Source: Octopus vulgaris (Eukaryota). From it: a DNA stretch of 64,000 bases. Made by a program: the position numbers and the translations under genes. Below the pieces are notes generated by a model. It ran no database searches, was not told the DNA's origin, and saw nothing but the letters and a program-made list of their open reading frames with translations. The DNA lies in assembly GCA_951406725.2 (NCBI GenBank), contig OX597827.1, positions 15,004,001 through 15,068,000 on the forward strand, written 5' to 3'. Of this stretch, positions 28,264 through 40,559 are shown piece after piece; positions within the stretch are counted from its first letter, which is position 1, and each line of letters begins with the position of its first letter.

Positions 28264-28600
28264 GAAGGCACATGGCTCAGTGGTTAGAGCATTGAGCATA
28301 TGATTGTGAGGTTGTGAGTTCAATTCCTGGACCAGGCTATGTGTTGTGTTCTTGAGCAAGACACTTTATTTCACGTTACTCCAGTTCACTCAACTGTAGA
28401 AATGAGTTGCGACATCAATGGTGCCAAGCTGTGTCAGCCCCTTTGCCTTTCCCTTGGACGACACGGGTTGGCATGGAGAGGGGAGCCTGGAATGCATGTG
28501 TGACTGCTGGTCTTCCATAAACAACCTTGCCCGGACTTGTGCCTCAAAGAGTAACTTTCTAGGTGCAATCGCATGGTCAGTCATAACTGAAGGGGGTCAC
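28264..28600 (+). mobile_element. tRNA-headed CORE-like SINE family D
   Basis: A box tggctcagtgg, B box gagttcaattcc, core gtgttcttgagcaagacactt. Related minus-strand copies near 2030-2170, 22170-22410 and 52440-52560. Confidence 0.75.
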
Positions 28601-28716
28601 CCATATGTACATGATTGTCTTCCCATTTTTTTCAGCCCAATCCATTTGCAAGGTTTTGTTCAACCTGAAGCTATACTTACCTAAGGTTTCTTGCATTGGG
28701 ACTGAACCTGAAGTTA

Positions 28717-29610
28717 CAAGGTATGATCAATAAGTATCCGGACTGTTGCCATAGTAACAAAGCTAAAACACGTAGAGTGAAGCTACTAGGCAAAAATTGG
28801 TCCTGAACTCTGCTGTACATGTGCACTAGGTTTTATCATTCTTGCTCACTTTCGCTGATTACTGCAGAGCTTGGAAGGAAGGTGTGTAGCGTGTGATTGG
28901 TGCATTGACCATGAGAGGGAAAGTTGTCATGGCAATACCTGCTCAGAGGCCTATACAAAGTTGCAGAAAGTGTATAGAGAGGAGTATATGAGCTGCACAC
29001 AAGTGTCTGACTGGTTCAGATGTTTCCAAGATGGCCAAAAAATGTTGATAGGGACAAACGTTCTGGGAGACTCGCAACCAGCAGAACTGAGAAAAACATC
29101 ACATATGCTCATGCAGCTGTGAGGGGAAATTGCCAAATCACCATCCATGTGTTATCAGGGGGTGTGTAGATTAGTCACAGTTCAGTTCAGTTCATTATCA
29201 CTGAAGGTTTAGGTATGAGATACATGTCTACCAAGTTCATGCCAAAACTGCTATCAGCTGACCAGAATGACACTAGGGTTTCAGTTGCACAAGATCTCCT
29301 TGATTGTGCCGAGAATGATGAAAACTTTTTGAAAACTTTGCATGGGCCTCTTATCAGGTATTGCCAAGCTTTTGGCAAAATTTGATGCAGATTCTCTGCT
29401 CAACTTTCTCTGTCATGGTCAATACAATGATCATATGCTACACACCTTCCTTCCAAGCACTGCTGCAAACAGTAAAAGTGAACAAGAATGTTAAAACTTA
29501 GAGCACATGCATGGCAGACTTCAAGGTCAATCTGTGCCAAGCAGCTTTACTCTGTGTGCTTTAGCTTCGTTACTATGACAACAGTCCGGATACTTATTGA
29601 TCAGATCATG
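28717..29610 (+). mobile_element. Non-autonomous mariner element with ~200-bp terminal inverted repeats and TA target duplication
   Basis: TA|CAAGGTATGATCAATAAGTATCCGGACTGTTG ... CAACAGTCCGGATACTTATTGATCAGATCATG|TA. Interior encodes a mariner N-terminal DNA-binding region (EAYTKLQKVY...VSDWFRCFQDG...GMRYMSTKFMPKLL). Catalytic domain missing. Confidence 0.9.
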
Positions 29611-29779
29611 TATATGTATGGGTTTGGAAGCAAACTTCTTAATTATGGAGGCATGCCTGCAAATGTGCATGTGTGACACTGCATGTGTGTATGTGTGTGT
29701 GTTTGTGCATGTGTACACACACACATATATACATATACATACATATATACACACAGAAACACATACATATATATGTATA

Positions 29780-30190
29780 TATAGAGCTGTATGTATTTCA
29801 GTTCTGTCGTTTGTTTTAGCCACCACGTTAAAAATCTCAACAATAAATTCTTTCCTACCAACATACATATCACCCCAAACGAAATTGTTCTCCATTAAAT
29901 CTGCACTTTATACTACTTATACTCCCTCTTACATCAGACACACACCCTTAATGCATTTTAGAGAATAATTTACTCAGAGAAATCAGTTATGTTAAGGTTA
30001 ACGTATTTAATACAGTGATCATTAAAAAGTAAATTAGAAATAATTATATGAGGTGATAATCGAGATAATCTTACTCATAGACTAATATGGTGCTAGTGAT
30101 TGCAGTAAGTACAGAAAGCAACACCAGACATGTGTCATTCTTATCAAACCTCCTCAGAAATGCACAGAGACTGCAGTCTATAATATTATA
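29780..30190 (-). mobile_element. Second copy of the 24520-25000 repeat
   Basis: Local homology as above. The minus strand keeps CTGAGGA (30157-30151) and ACATGTC. Confidence 0.6.
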
Positions 30191-30197
30191 TAATTTT

Positions 30198-30430
30198 AAG
30201 GCAGTGAGCTGGCAAAAATGTTAGCACGCCAGGCGAAATGCATAGCCATATTTTGTCTGTCGTTACGTTCTGAGTTCAAATTCTGCCAAGGTCAGCTTTG
30301 CCTTTCATCCTTTCGGGGTCAATAAATTAAGTACCAGTTACGCACTGGGGTCAATGTAATCGACTTAATCCCTTTGTCTGTCCTTGTTTGTCCCCTCTCT
30401 GTTTAGCCCCTTGTGGGTAGTAAAGAAATA
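30198..30430 (+). mobile_element. SINE family B, full-length
   Basis: ggcagtgagctggca head, ctttgcctttcatcctttcggggtc core, tagccccttgtgggtagtaaagaaat tail. Confidence 0.9.
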
Positions 30431-30791
30431 TATATAATGGTTGGTATACAAGTTTACATTACCTCAGAAACAAAGAGACTAAATTACTCCGGGATAATTG
30501 GTTAGGGCAGCGGACTCGCGGTCGTAGGATTGCAGTTTCAATTCCCAGACCGGGCGTTGTGAGTGTTTATTGAGCAAAAACACCTTGAAGCTCCACAAGG
30601 CTCCGGCAGGGGTCGTGGTGATCCCTGCTGTACTCTTTCACCACTCTTTCTCTCACTCTTTCTTCTATTGGCCTGCTCACTTGGCCAGCGGGGTGGTGTC
30701 ATTCGAAGGCTAAAACAATGCGAAGTGCATTGTGACCAGCGATGTGTAACAATATCTGATGGTCTGGTCGGTCACGTGATCACGTGATATA

Positions 30792-30830
<39 letters not shown>

Positions 30831-30849
30831 TGCGGGGTCTTGAATATAT

Positions 30850-30858
30850 TCATATATA

Positions 30859-30889
<31 letters not shown>

Positions 30890-31331
30890 TTTCTTGGTTT
30901 GACCACCATCCGTGTAGCATCTCTCGTATTTCTTCCTATGACTTTTATCTATGTTCCTGCCATAAGGCTTCACTTCCACACTTGCCAGCTTAATTTAATT
31001 CATCCCTAATCGAAAGACACTTGTTGTTTGTATTTGTAATTGTGTACCATTTCTCCGGTTTTTTTTCCTTTTTGTCCTTGTTTTCATGTACATTCGCTTA
31101 CTTTCTTTCAAAGAATCCAGTGCTCTTAGCTTAGATTTCCTTGATGCCGGCCAGATTAGAGCAGTCTTGAGATTAACCAGCCAAAACTGCAAAGACGATC
31201 TACTTCTCGATTGATAATTGAAAGCTCTGGATGACTCGTCCTTGTTTTTTCCTGTCCTTTTTTGTATCACTTACTGTCTGAATGTTTTCTTGTTGCCTGT
31301 TATGTTCTTGTTCCATTTTGTGTTTTGGTTT

Positions 31332-31332
<1 letters not shown>
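30850..31332 (+). mobile_element. Unclassified repeat, homologous in inverted orientation to 33820-34225
   Basis: Shared gtccttgtttt..tacatt, aa.gaatc.a.tgc.ctt.gcttag and ggccagatt.gagca.tct..agatt blocks. Both copies sit between TA microsatellites. Confidence 0.65.
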
Positions 31333-31365
<33 letters not shown>

Positions 31366-31384
31366 TAAATGTATCTATATCTAA

Positions 31385-31425
<41 letters not shown>

Positions 31426-31580
31426 TTCCACCTAAATGTGGCTGACCCATAGGGGACGATGCTACTGTTGTTTATAACCCCAGGAAGACATTTCCTCCAG
31501 TTGGCTAACGACACTCTGTCTGTGTCCAGTAAGTATTTGCAAAGGGAAATCATCATCCCCATCTCTAGCCTTACGTGATA

Positions 31581-31625
31581 CACATGGACCCGGGTTTCTG
31601 AATAATAAGTCGTCACCAGCGTGTG
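31581..31625 (-). ncRNA. Degenerate copy of the hammerhead at 31940
   Basis: Minus strand CACACG-CTGGTGA-CGACTTATTATTCA-GAAA-CCCGGG-TC-CATGTG. Core A>G change and disrupted stem II. Confidence 0.65.
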
Positions 31626-31939
31626 ACAATCACCAGCTAGGGATGAGAACTGATTCCTAGCCCAAAATATTATATGCTTTTTCCAGTAACAAACTGTTGC
31701 TGATCTTGGAAAAAGAAAAACAAGCAATAATAAATCTCCAATGAAATGTAAACAGTAGCAGCACAACATCGTGAAGTATATTTGCCACCTAAATGCGGCT
31801 GACCCATAGGGGACAAGGCTGCTGTTTTTTATAGTCCCATACTGATCTCCTTTTTCAAGATCAGCGACAGTTTGTCACTGGCAAAAAGCATATAGTATTT
31901 TGCATTTGGAATCAGTTCTCATCCCTAGCTAGTGATTGT

Positions 31940-31984
31940 CACATGCTGATGATGGGTTATTACCCAGAAACCCGGGTCCATGTG
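31940..31984 (+). ncRNA. Minimal type-I hammerhead ribozyme with intact core, predicted cleavage after C31978 (GUC)
   Basis: Stem I CACATG/CATGTG, core CTGATGA, stem II TGGGT-TATT-ACCCA, GAAA, palindromic ACCCGGGT forming a minimal stem III, then GTC. Confidence 0.85.
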
Positions 31985-33819
31985 TATCATGTAAGGCTAG
32001 AGATGGAAACAGAACGATATACATTCATATGCATGGCAGAAATGTTAGAACGCTGGGTGAAATGCTTAGCAGTATTTCGTCTGTCTATACATTCTTGTTT
32101 ATCCTCCCACCACTACCATCGTTTGACAACTGACGTTAGTGTGTTTACGTCCCCATAACTTTGTAGTTAGACAAAAGAGGCCAATAGAATAAGTACTAGG
32201 CTTACAAAGAATAAGTCCTGGGACCAGTTTGTTCAACTAAAGATGATGCTCCAGCATGGCCACAGCCAAATGAGTGAAACAGTCGTTTGACTGCAGCCAT
32301 GCTGGAGCACCACCTTGAAGGGTTTTAGCTGAACAAATTGACCCTAGGATTTATTTTTCAAAGGCTAGTACCTATTGTATTTGCCTCTTTTGACAAACCG
32401 CTAAGTTACAGGCTGTAAACATACCACCACCAGTTGTGGGGGTGGGGGGGGGGGGCAAAGACAGACATATATATATATATATGTATATATGATGATATAT
32501 ACATACGATGGGTTTCTTTCAATTTCCATCTACCAAATCCACTCCCAAGGCTTTGGTCATTCCGAGGCTAGAGTAGAGGACACTTGCCCAAGGTGCCATG
32601 CAGTGAGACTGAACCTGGAACCACGTGGTTGAGAAGCAAGCTTCTTACCACACAGACATATATATATATATAGATGTATATATATATGTATGTATGTACA
32701 CATACACACATACATGCATATATTTTCAGATATATGTGTGTATATGCATGTATATATATTTATATATATACATGTGTTTATGAATGCATACCAGCTTATA
32801 TATACATATGTCATATATATATATCTATGTATGTATATGAATGTATATATGTATATTGAGCGTCTTTGAATTTCTGTATACCAAACCCACTCACAAGGCT
32901 TTGGTCAGCCTGGGCTATAGCAGAAGACGCTTGCCTAAGGTGTGACACAGAGCAGGACTGAACCTAAGACCATGTGGTTGAGAAGCAAACTTCTTACTAC
33001 ACAGCCATGTCTGTAACTATAGCATTAGGTATATTATCAAGTATATTATTTTAAGGAAAATACATAATTAAAGTAATTTAGTCAGAGTATCTAACAAGAT
33101 AATTAAGCTGTAATAAAAATTAAGCTGTGATAATAATTCAACTGTGATAATAATTAAGCTGTAATGAGTAATTGGCCATGTGATTGCAACACTGACCTTT
33201 GTGTATGTACTCCAATAAGGGCTGCCAGAAAAGCAAAAGGGCTGTTTCTATGGGGTCCTCCTTTGAGCTACAACAATAAGTTATCTCATTATTACAGCTG
33301 GGCATATATGAGACAATCCCATGAAGGCTGTTCTAACATAAAGGGGTGCTGTACATATGTCATAAGAATTGGGGTTCTGGGCTCTTGAAGTCCTTTGATG
33401 CAAAGGACCCGAGCAATTTGTAATACTAATGTCAGAAAACTGGTCAGCTTCTGATCACTTACAGATCAGGGTACTGTACAAAACAGATAGACTTCACATA
33501 CATCAGGAAATAGTGGAAGCACATGGCCTAGTGGTTGGAGCAGCGGACTTGCGGTCAATAATTCTGCCTCCAACTCAGTTGCATGCCTGTGTTTCACTTA
33601 TCTTTTTGCATGCTTTACGACAATAAACGTCACCAACTGCCTACCCTGAGTAGTAACTGATGGCATGTGCCTGATATATACATACATACTGTGTGTTTGT
33701 GTGTGTGTGTGTGGATGCATGTCTTCGTGTTTGCCCCCACAGCACTTGACAATCAGCACTAGTTTGTTTACATCCCTATGACTTAGTTGTTCAACACACA
33801 CACACATATATATATATAT

Positions 33820-34225
33820 CTAAAAAAATACAAACTGGGACAAGAACGCAAAACATTTAGAAGACGATACAAAAAACACGGACGGGACATTTGAAGCCTT
33901 CAATCTTCAGTCAAGAACCAGATCATCCTCGGAATTTCAGCTGATAAATCTTGAGATTGCTCCAATCTGGCCAGTTTCTAGGAAAAACTAAGCCAAGCGC
34001 ATTAGATTCCTTGGAAAAAAGCTTCAAATGTATACAAAACAAGGACGGAAAAACAGACGATGTTACACAAATATGAATACAAAAATGATACGTAAAAACA
34101 ATAATAATAACAATAACAGGACATCACAAACAGGCGTCTTTCAACTTAGATGAATTAAACTCAGCTGGCGTGTTAGAAATGTGCCTTGGGGCAGAGAAAA
34201 AAATGATGTAACCACGACCGCTGGC
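33820..34225 (-). mobile_element. Unclassified repeat, inverted homologue of 30850-31332
   Basis: See 30850-31332. Confidence 0.65.
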
Positions 34226-34411
34226 ATATATATATATATATATATGTATGTATATATGCTTGTGTAGACTAAGTGGGATTTGTTAGTTCTTTGAATGTTG
34301 CCACGTAGAAGTGTGCAATTGTTTTTGTAGACCTACATAGTTTTTGTAGATGTGTGTTGTCGTTTTCAAGCTGATCATTCATATGGTAGCAGAAGTTAGT
34401 GTGAACTTTCA

Positions 34412-34459
<48 letters not shown>

Positions 34460-34794
34460 GTATATATATATATATATGTATATATATATAATAATAATAT
34501 TAGGGAGTAAATCCAAACTTACAAGGAAAAATTAGATTTAGGATTAAATCAAATTTCACAGTATAAATATAAATATAAATTAGAAATAAAACCACTATTA
34601 GGCAAATCAAACAGTGAGAATAACATAAACCAAACATAAAAATAAATATAATTAATATAATATACAAAATATATAAAATATAAAATTTAAAATTGAAATT
34701 ATTTAAATTTAAAATTTTTATTTACATTTATAAATTTTTATATTTTTTTATATATTTTTTAAATTTTTAAATTTTACTAAACCATAATTTTAGG

Positions 34795-35172
34795 TAGTTA
34801 AATTTATTTAATTTATTAATATATTTATCTAAAATGAGTTTACTCAATTTACCAAGGTCTGATTTACATTAATCTAACTTTAGGGTCTGAATAAAAATTA
34901 TCTTTATGGTTTTTCAAAGTAATTCTAGGGTTCATAGGTACATAAGGTTCAGCTTTATTATCCAACTTATAGTTCATCATGACTAATTTAGAGGCCTTAT
35001 TTATAGCATAAAGTGTACTATCTGGAACGATTTTATATTTTTTAATTATCTCTTTCTCTAAAAGGTAATCATATAATTTAACATCCAGTTTATATAGATT
35101 CCTAGTTTTATCTGATTGTACAATAATACCATCCATATTTCTCATTTCTTTAATTCTAATAGCTAAATTTCT

Positions 35173-35175
<3 letters not shown>
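34795..35175 (-). pseudogene. Penelope-like element reverse transcriptase fragment
   Basis: SDKTRNLYKLD...YDYLLEKEIIKKYK...RITLKNHKDNFYSDPKVRL(fs)CKSDLGKLSKLILDK matches the xDKTxNxY...TLKDHKxNF..xPxxRLINPxKSxxGxxSK pattern I recognise from PLE RT N-terminal regions. Followed by an AT-rich tail to ~34500. Confidence 0.75.
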
Positions 35176-35209
<34 letters not shown>

Positions 35210-35603
35210 ACATATATGCTGGCTTTGCCCATGCTCACATGGCCTTCTTTTCAGTTTTTGTCTACCGAATCCATTTGCAAAGCTTGGGGCTATAGTAGAA
35301 GATACTTGCCCAAGGTGCCATACAGTGAAACCAAAGCCATGTGGTTGGGAAGCAAACTTCTTAACCACACAGCCACCTAGGTTGAAAAAATAAAGTTAGC
35401 AGAAGGCACAATCATGGCTGTATTGTAAGAAGTAAAATTCTTCAAGGTCGTGCCCCAGCATGGCCAGCAGTGTAAGGATTGATAATACTAAAAGATAAAA
35501 GTTGAATATTGGGGTTGAGCTATTCAACTTTACCTGCAGCCACTTAAATTTAAAACCTTGTTCTAATGTTGGAAATCATAAATTATGATATATTAGTTGA
35601 GAG

Positions 35604-35908
35604 TGGAGGCATATGGCCTAGTGGTTAGAGCAGCAGACTTGCGGTTGAGGGATCGTGGGTTCGAATCTCAAACCGGGTGATGTGTGCATTTATGAGCGAA
35701 AACACCTAAGCTCCACGTGGCTCTGGCAGAAGGTAATGGCAAAACTTCTGCTCACTCTTTTGCCACAACTTTCTCTCACTCTTTCCTCCTGCTTCTTGCA
35801 GCTCACCTGCGATGGACCAGCATCCTGTCCAGGTGGGGAACCTATACGCCAAGAAACTGGGAACCCAGCCCTTATGAGCCAGGCATGGCTCGAGAAGGAA
35901 CAAAAGCA
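35604..35908 (+). mobile_element. SINE family C, full-length
   Basis: A box tggcctagtgg, B box ggttcgaatct, homologous to 2366-2648. Confidence 0.85.
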
Positions 35909-35937
35909 AAAAAAAGTTGAGGGGTTTATTGAGGTTT

Positions 35938-36557
35938 TTTTTGTTAATTCTAAAGATTAATGACCAACACATTTAATTTTTTTCAGTTTTTTGAAATTTT
36001 TTCTTCCATTATTATTTTGTTAATTCTAAGGATTAATGACCAACACATTTAAATTTTTTTCATTTTTTTGAAATTTTTCTTCCATTAATTATTTTGTTAA
36101 TTTTAAGGATTAATGACCAACACATTTAATTTTTTTCATTTTTTTGAAATTCTTTCTTCCATAATTATTTTGTTAATTTTAAGGAATAATGACCAACACA
36201 TTTAATTTTTTTCATTTCTTTGAAATTCTTTCTTCCATAATTATTTTGTTAATTCTAAGGATTAATGACCAACACATTTAATTTTTTTCATTTTTTTGAA
36301 ATTCTTTCTTCCATAATTATTTTGTTAATTTTAAGGAATAATGACCAACACATTTAATTTTTTTCATTTCTTTGAAATTTTTTCTTCCATAATTATTTTG
36401 TTAATTCTAAGGATTAATGACCAACACATTTAATTTTTTTCATTTTTTTGAAATTTTTTCTTCCATAATTATTTTGTTAATTCTAAGGATTAATGACCAA
36501 CACATTTAATTTTTTTTGAAATTTTTTTGAAATTTTTTCTTCCATATTTATTTTGTT
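35938..36557. repeat. Minisatellite, 8 units of ~76 bp
   Basis: ttgttaattYtaaggaWtaatgaccaacacatttaa... recurs at 76-77 bp spacing. Confidence 0.95.
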
Positions 36558-37595
36558 TCTTTGCATTTATAAGTCAAAGTATTTCTCACATATTTTTCTT
36601 TGATGTCCATGAAAATGAATAATAAATTCTTTATAACGTGTGTTTGGCAAGTTAAGGACAGTATACCAAAAACAAAAACAAAAAAAAAAGAAACAGATGA
36701 ATTTGTTTACTTTCAATGATGTATGAAATAATATGTATATAACAACATATCAACATGGTTTTCAATATTGCGTCAAGTCATTGTTTAAAATTGTGCAGGT
36801 ATGTCATCTCAAAAAAAAAAAAAAATTCAAATATCCCCCTCACTTCCAACCCATCTCCTATTTTTCTTTTTGATTTTTTTTGGGGTTTTTTTTTGTTTTT
36901 TTGTTGTTGTTGTTTTGTTTTTTTTTTTGTTTTCTTTTCAGAACAAGAGATTTTTGTTTTTTTATTATTAAAGTATGAAATATGTAATGCATTTCCTTTT
37001 GAAAATTAAATTTCTTTTTTGAAATTTAAAAAAGAAAAAAAAAAAAAAACAACTGTCTTACATATAGTTATGAAAAATATCAGTTTGTACATTGTTTCAT
37101 GTTCTTACTGTTTTTTTTTTTTTCCAAAAATAAGTATTTCCTAGTTAGGTGGGCAAATCTGAAAGATAAACAGAAATACAATAATTAGGCATTTATTGGA
37201 AATTTCGAAATTGAATTTTCAACAACAAACTAGTAATTCTTTTATAATTTTCTGAACTAGAAAAACTACATCAAAAATTTTTTCACATTTCATACATACA
37301 CACTCATACACATGTGTGTGTGAATGTGTGTGTGTGCATGCGTGTGTGCATGCAGGTGTGCATGCAGGTGTGTGAAATGTGTGTTTGAGTGCACCTGTGA
37401 ACACACACATATGAGTTCACAATTTATGCTTCATACATTTACGTCTGTCTGTTCGTCTTTTCATAGTTGATTGAGTGGGACATCTCTGCAAATGTATAAA
37501 TTTACCTGGCTTGTGCATCTGGCATTCGCCATGATAGATTGCTAGCCACTAAACTTTTTTTTTATTTTCGCTCCATGTTTATTTCTGTGTTCCTT

Positions 37596-37634
37596 TCTTC
37601 TGTGACGAAGAGCGTAGGCTCGAAATGTAAAAGA
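37596..37634 (+). ncRNA. Minimal hammerhead-like motif in a Penelope-type terminal repeat (~37480-37730)
   Basis: GTGACGA-A-GAGC-GTAG-GCTC-GAAA-T-GTA-AAAGA. Perfect stem II and GAAA box, first core base non-canonical. Confidence 0.55.
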
Positions 37635-38015
37635 CTTTCTCACTTCCTGAGCATACATGTGTTTGTTGTTTACACACCCATCTTCATCATTTGTTTTTTT
37701 TAATAAATTCTCACTATTTATATACCTAGATGAGTTTTCCTATTCCCAAATCATTAAACCACTGACTACTAGTTTTAAAAAGAAAGACCACATTGGGCAA
37801 TCCAATCCTAGATATTCACAGAAGTTTAAATATAAGAAGAGAGGGTCATTACTAGAATGTCTCTGATCACAGGTTTGGACAACAACAACAACAATAATAA
37901 AAGACATACAGAAAAGAATTGGTCACTGAAGAGAGTATATCACATCCATACTATAACACTCAATGTTTAAAAAATCCCATTATACTTTTATAATTAAATA
38001 TTATTAGGAATTATA

Positions 38016-39078
38016 TTCTTTTATTGGTTTCAGTCATTTGACTGTGACCATGCTGGAGCACTGCCTTAAAGGGTTTTAGTTGAAGAAATCAACCCCAAGA
38101 CTTATTCTTTGTAAGCCTAGTATTTATTCTATTGTTCTCTTTTGTCAAACCGTTATGTAACTGGGACGTAAACACACCAGCACCAGTTGTCAAGCGATGG
38201 TGGCAGGGGAGTGGAGACACACACAGATGCAAAGACACGCACTCATAAATTTATATATATATATATATACAATGGTCTTCTTTCAGTTTCCATCTACCAA
38301 ATCCACTCATGAGGCTTTGGTCAGCCTGAGGCTATAGTAGAAGACACTTGCCCAAGGTGCCACACAGTGGAACTGAACCCGGAACCATGTGGTTGGGAAG
38401 CATGCTTCTTACCACACAGTCACACCCATGTCTCTTTTTTTACTCTTTTACTCTTGTACTCGTTTCAGTCATTTGACTGTGGCCATGCTGGAGCACCGCC
38501 TTTAGTCAAGCAAATCGACCCCCAGGGCTTATTCTTTGTAAGCCTAGTACTTATTCTATCACCAGCATCGGTTGTCAAGCGATGTTGGGGGGGGGACAAA
38601 CACAGACACACAAACATGCACACACACATATATATACGACGGGCTTCTTTCAGTTTCCATCTACCAAATCCACTCACAAGGCTTTGGTCGGCCCGGGGCT
38701 ATAGTAGAAGACACTTGCCCAAGATGCCACGCAGTGGGACTGAACCCGCAACCATGTGGTTGGTAAGCAAGCTACTTACCACTCAGCCACTCCTACGCCT
38801 ATGTCTATATAAGATTTTTTCATTAAAATTTACGAGCAATAAACTGATTATATTCCTACAATACACAAAACATTTACTCTTTTATTCTTTTACTTGTTTC
38901 AGTCATTTGACTGCGGCCATGCTGGAGCACCGCCTTTAGTCGAGCAAATCGACCCCGGGACTTATTCTTTTGTAAGCCCAGTACTTATTCTATCGGTCTC
39001 TTTTGCCGAACTGCTAAGTGACGGGGACATAAACACACCAGCATCGGTTGTCAAGCAATGCTAGGGGGACAAACACAT

Positions 39079-39080
<2 letters not shown>
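38016..39080 (-). mobile_element. Three head-to-tail SINE family A copies (~38016-38427, ~38440-38800, ~38873-39080 partial)
   Basis: Tail tttcagtcatttgactg..ccatgctggagcac occurs three times. Confidence 0.85.
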
Positions 39081-39115
<35 letters not shown>

Positions 39116-39840
39116 CATATATACGAACAATTTGAACAATTTTTTTTACCATTCCTAATAATATTTAATCCTAAAAATATAATAAGAGCTTTTAGACATT
39201 ACACGGCTATGAAGATGACCCCCACCCTGAATAAAATAGGAACAGGAAGAGTTCATAAGTGAAAGAATGGTTGAGAACCACTGCCTTAGTGCAGCTATCT
39301 TGACATTTCTCAACAAAGCCATTGAAATCTCCAATTTTTTCTGTTTTTATCTTTTTAGTCAAAGAAGGCGATGAGTTTCATCCTTCACAATTCTATCAGT
39401 TACAAGGAAATCCCAATGCAATTACTTGACTTAGTAAAAGCTAAAAATAGGGTCAACAAGAATTGTCATAAGCTATTGTAGCTAAAAATAAAGATTGTGC
39501 TGGAAAACAATCAGGTTTGCTCTGAATGAATGACACATGAACTGATGATAGTTGGATTCTGTTGTATATTTTTGGTATTAATCAGTTAAGTTTGATACAC
39601 GAGAAAAGAAAAAGAAAGGTAAAAAAAGAAAATAAAAGCTCTGCTTGTGAAGTGTGGAATTTTGAAGAGAAATAATTGGGTTAAGTGTTTAGCTCAGCAT
39701 TTGTGGAGTTTGTAGTCAGCACTTTAATAATGTCTTTTAAACTACAAAGTGCAGCATTGTCAGAAGAAGGAGTCATTCCCTATGACTGACATTGTAGCAG
39801 CATCATAAACTGCTACAAAGGCAGCAGCAATGATTTAAAG

Positions 39841-40101
39841 CAGGGGTTCTCAATCATTTTTTTTCTATAGACCCCTTTGATTTCTATTGTACTCGGATGA
39901 ACCCTCATAACCATATAATGTTTAAGAAATCCTATTATAGCAGTGGCTGTGTGGTAAGTAGCTTCCTTACGAACCACATGGTTCCGGGCTCAGTCCCACT
40001 GCGTGACACCTTGTGCAAGTGTCTTCTACTATAGCCTCGGGCCGACCAAAGCCTTGTGAGTGGATTTGGTAAACGGAAACTGAAAGAAGCCTGTCGTATA
40101 T

Positions 40102-40147
<46 letters not shown>

Positions 40148-40520
40148 GTGTGTGTTTGTGTGTCTGTGTTTGTCCTCCCAACATCGCTTGACAACCGAAT
40201 CTGGTATGTTTACATCCCAGTGACTAAGTGGTTCAGCAAAAGAGACCGATGGAATAAGTACTAGGCTTACAAAGAATAAGACCTGGGGTCAATTTGCTCA
40301 AATAAAGGCGGTGCTCCAGCATGGCCACAGTCAAATGACTGAAACAAGTAAAAGAGTAAAAGGGTAAATAGTATACTTTTATAATTAAATATTAGTAATT
40401 GTATTTTAAAAATTGTTAAAATTGTTGGTACATTGTAGAAGTATAACCTAACCCTAACCCTTACAAAAAAATTTTATATGGACCCCCAAGGGTCATATGG
40501 ACCCTGGTTGAGGATCACTG
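39841..40520 (+). mobile_element. hAT-like MITE interrupted by a family A SINE (39940-40365)
   Basis: Termini CAGGGGTTCTCAA...TTGAGGATCACTG. Related fragments at 37950-38010 (+) and 39140-39283 (-). Confidence 0.65.
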
Positions 40521-40559
40521 CCTTAGAGAGTAGCAGCTATAGATGAATTGAATTACTGG

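Larger units (their letters stand above)
31421..32006. mobile_element. Non-coding Penelope/retrozyme-like element: ~357-bp unit with partial direct repeat plus an inverted segment, two hammerhead copies
   Basis: Direct repeats 31421-31481 and 31777-31838. Inverted repeats ~31559-31716 and ~31849-32006, each containing a hammerhead motif. Confidence 0.8.

Noticed and set aside
31135-31200. Hammerhead-like CCAGCC-AAAAC / CAGCT-GAAA in the 30850/33820 repeat pair
   Set aside because: Neither copy has a CUGANGA box at the right place.
35938-36557. Possible CRISPR-like array
   Set aside because: The whole 76-bp unit repeats and there are no spacers.
40445-40462. Telomere-like taaccctaaccc
   Set aside because: Only two to three units, inside a MITE.
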